DNA from: an uncultured delta proteobacterium
GTDB lineage: Bacteria > Myxococcota_A > Polyangia > Polyangiales > Polyangiaceae
Reading direction: 5' to 3'
DNA length: 64,000 nt
Assembly: GCA_963716725.1 (NCBI GenBank)
Contig: CAVQUB010000021.1
Coordinates: forward strand, 32,001-96,000
The notes under the pieces are model-generated. The model was not told where the DNA came from and ran no database searches. It saw nothing but the letters and a program-made list of their open reading frames with translations. Position numbers and translations under genes: made by a program. Shown piece after piece: positions 61,580-64,000 of the stretch. Position 1 is the stretch's first letter. Each line of letters starts with the position of its first letter.

Positions 61580-63919
61580 TCAGCGCTTCTTCGCGGTGAG
61601 CTTGCCTTGCAGCTCGAGCGCGGTCGCTCTGAAGCGCGCAGCCTCCGTCGGGCAGCCCGCGGAGCAGGGATGCTTCTTCTTCGGCCCGCATCCGCGCTTG
61701 GCGGCAGTCGAGAGCCCGATCAGCGCCGATACCGCGCGGGCGTCTCCGGTCTCGAGCGCCCTGCGAAGCAGCGGTACGCGCTCCGCGCAGGTGCGTGCGG
61801 TGCGCAGCTCGAAGGCAACGGCGAGTGCGGGAGAAAACTGCTTGCGCACGGCTGCGTCGTCGAGGCGCTCACGCGCGGCCTGCCGCAACGGGATGCTGGT
61901 CAGCATCAGGTCGTAGAGCATGTCGGGGCCAAGCGACCCCATCCGCGTACCCATCAGGTCGAGTGCGCGAGTGGAGGCCTCCCCGGGCGACAGCGCCGCT
62001 TTGACCACGAGCGCCCCGACGGTCTTGTCCCGGCCACGCTCGGGGTCGATGCGCAATAGCGTGTCGAGCTCACTCATCGCCCGCGGGAGCCCCTCCGCGG
62101 TGGCGCCCAGGGCGATGACCAGTGGCTCGATCACCGCCGGATCGCCGGGAAAACGCTTGGACAGCTCGAGCAGACCCTCGACGCCGCGGGCCGAGGCCGC
62201 GCGCACGTCGTCAGCGGAGGCCTGCGGCCCGGGCGCGATGCCCGGCGAGGGTGACGGAAGCATTGCCAAAGGCGCGGCCGGCGGATCCGGGTCGCCGGCG
62301 GCGGTGGCGGTCGGCACGACGCTCGGCTCGGCCGAGGGCACTGCCGCGGCAAGCGGCGGCGGCGCGACGCCGCGGGCGCGAGCGCGCTGTCCCAAGTGCA
62401 GGCAGGCGATGGACACCGCGATCGCAGCCACCGCGAGCACGGGGCCGGCGAACAGCCTGCCGAAGCGGCCGATGTCGGACTCGAGGATGCGCCGTCGCAG
62501 AAAGATCGTCGTGCCTGCGGTCAACGCGATCAACACGTGGATGGGGGCAAACCCGGGCCAGCCGGAGTAGCCCGGTCCGGAGGCGCCAACATGCTGTGCC
62601 ACGGCGTCGGCGCTGCGCCCGAAAAGCACCACGATCCCGTAGCTGGCAAGCGCTCCGACGATGGGCCCGCGCAGTCGCGGCAAGAACTCCAGCATCTTGA
62701 CGCTGTTGTTCCAGAACCGACGCCGGAACCAGCGCACCAGGAGGGCGCCGGGCGTGAGCAGCGTTCCGCAAACGACCGCAAGCACCAGCCAGAACTCGGA
62801 GGCCGACAGCGCTCTTCGGCCCAGCAGCGCGGGCAGACCCTGGAGCACGGTCATCACGCCGAGCACCGCTGTGAGCAAGGCGAGTGCTGCGACGAACAAG
62901 ACCTGCGGACGCGCCGAGCCGACCTCGTCATCGTCGGTCATCGAGTGGGTGGCCGAGAGCAACTGCCGACGCGGGGGCGGGTCCTGGCGCTCGGAGGCCT
63001 CGAAGTGCGAAAACGCCAGGTCGAGGTCATCGGCGCTCTGGAAGCGCTCGTCGGGGGCCGCCGCCATCGCCCGCTGAACCACCAACTCGAACTCCTCCGG
63101 GATCTCGGGGTTGATCGAGCGCGGCCTCACGGGCTCTCCGCTCATCACCGCGAGCATGGTCTGTTGCACGGACTCGCCCGCGAAGGGCGGGCGTCCCGTC
63201 AGGCAGGTGTAGACGATGGCGCCGACGCCGTAGATGTCAGCCCGCTGGTCCACACGCTCCCCACGCGCCTGCTCCGGCGCCATGAACGACGGTGTCCCCA
63301 TGGCGATACCCGTGCGCGTGACGCTGTTGCCGGTGGCTTCGATGAAGCGCGAGAGTCCAAAATCGAGGACCTTGACGCTGGGGTAGGGCGCCGGGCCGAT
63401 CAGATGCACGTTGTCGGGCTTGAGATCCCGATGGATCACGCCCTGGGCATGGGCCGCCGCCACGCCGCGCGCGACCCTGCTCCCGACGTAGGCCGCCTGA
63501 TCAGGGCTCAGCCAACCGCGCTCTTTGATGTAGTCGCCGAGGTTCTGCCCTTCGAGAAACTCCCACACGATGTAGGGCCGTCCGTCGTCGGCGTATCCAA
63601 AATCGTGCACCGCGACCACGTTGGGATGCGAGATGCTGGCGGCCGCGTCTGCCTCGCGCTGGAATCGTGCGCGAACCTCCGGGCTCCCTGCCATCTCCGC
63701 GCGGATCACCTTCACCGCGAAGCGCTTGCCCGCGATGCGGGTGTGGTGGGCCTCGTAGACCCTGCCCATGCCCCCCTCCCCGACGATGCGCACGAGCCGA
63801 TAGGTGCTCTGGAGGGTCACTCCGACGAGGTCGTCAGCGCCCTCGCCTTCGGGGACGACGCTCACGCCCGCGTGGGGTGACTCGTGGGCCGTGGGCCGAT
63901 CGTGGATGGAGTTGGCCAT
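61580..63919 (-). CDS. Ser/Thr protein kinase with multi-pass membrane region and helical C-terminal domain
   Basis: VGEGGMGRVY, AVK, HRDLKPDN, DFGLS, GTPSFMAPEQ; about five hydrophobic segments. Confidence 0.93.
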   Translation of the reverse strand: MANSIHDRPTAHESPHAGVSVVPEGEGADDLVGVTLQSTYRLVRIVGEGGMGRVYEAHHTRIAGKRFAVKVIRAEMAGSPEVRARFQREADAAASISHPNVVAVHDFGYADDGRPYIVWEFLEGQNLGDYIKERGWLSPDQAAYVGSRVARGVAAAHAQGVIHRDLKPDNVHLIGPAPYPSVKVLDFGLSRFIEATGNSVTRTGIAMGTPSFMAPEQARGERVDQRADIYGVGAIVYTCLTGRPPFAGESVQQTMLAVMSGEPVRPRSINPEIPEEFELVVQRAMAAAPDERFQSADDLDLAFSHFEASERQDPPPRRQLLSATHSMTDDDEVGSARPQVLFVAALALLTAVLGVMTVLQGLPALLGRRALSASEFWLVLAVVCGTLLTPGALLVRWFRRRFWNNSVKMLEFLPRLRGPIVGALASYGIVVLFGRSADAVAQHVGASGPGYSGWPGFAPIHVLIALTAGTTIFLRRRILESDIGRFGRLFAGPVLAVAAIAVSIACLHLGQRARARGVAPPPLAAAVPSAEPSVVPTATAAGDPDPPAAPLAMLPSPSPGIAPGPQASADDVRAASARGVEGLLELSKRFPGDPAVIEPLVIALGATAEGLPRAMSELDTLLRIDPERGRDKTVGALVVKAALSPGEASTRALDLMGTRMGSLGPDMLYDLMLTSIPLRQAARERLDDAAVRKQFSPALAVAFELRTARTCAERVPLLRRALETGDARAVSALIGLSTAAKRGCGPKKKHPCSAGCPTEAARFRATALELQGKLTAKKR

Positions 63920-64000
63920 TCCCTGAAGCGGCGCCCATCCTAGCGCCCTTCGACCGGCAACTGGCGGCGCGTGACGAAATCCCGAAGGATTAGGGGGCGA

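Overview
High-GC bacterial DNA whose gene content points to Myxococcota, probably Polyangiaceae-like (inference from four Hanks-type Ser/Thr kinases, many Cys-rich/Gly-linker lipoproteins, Uma2 and a myxobacterial-type HNH gene). (1) Positions 1-15.6 kb hold a carboxylate-amine ligase cluster of unknown function linked to glycogen synthase. It has three paralogous ATP-grasp enzymes, a RimK/GshB-like ATP-grasp, a GCS2 ligase fused to CBS domains, two esterases, a peptidase S51/cyanophycinase-like protein and an M14 deacylase. Most of 8-15 kb is broken by indels that look like assembly errors. (2) Positions 18.76-22.84 kb are a nested mobile structure. An HNH gene sits between an IS1182-family element and an inverted, internally deleted relative of it that carries a 27-bp tandem hairpin array. 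The transposase is interrupted by a 636-bp MITE-like element (CTAG target duplication) carrying a decayed GxxExxY gene. (3) Positions 23-51 kb are lipoproteins and housekeeping genes (udk, M16 peptidase pair, GH92, aminotransferase, hflX). (4) Positions 51.7-60 kb form a kinase-TPR-(Cys-rich lipoprotein/VWA)x2 operon. No rRNA, tRNA or CRISPR array was recognised. All product calls rest on motif recognition by eye, not database searches.
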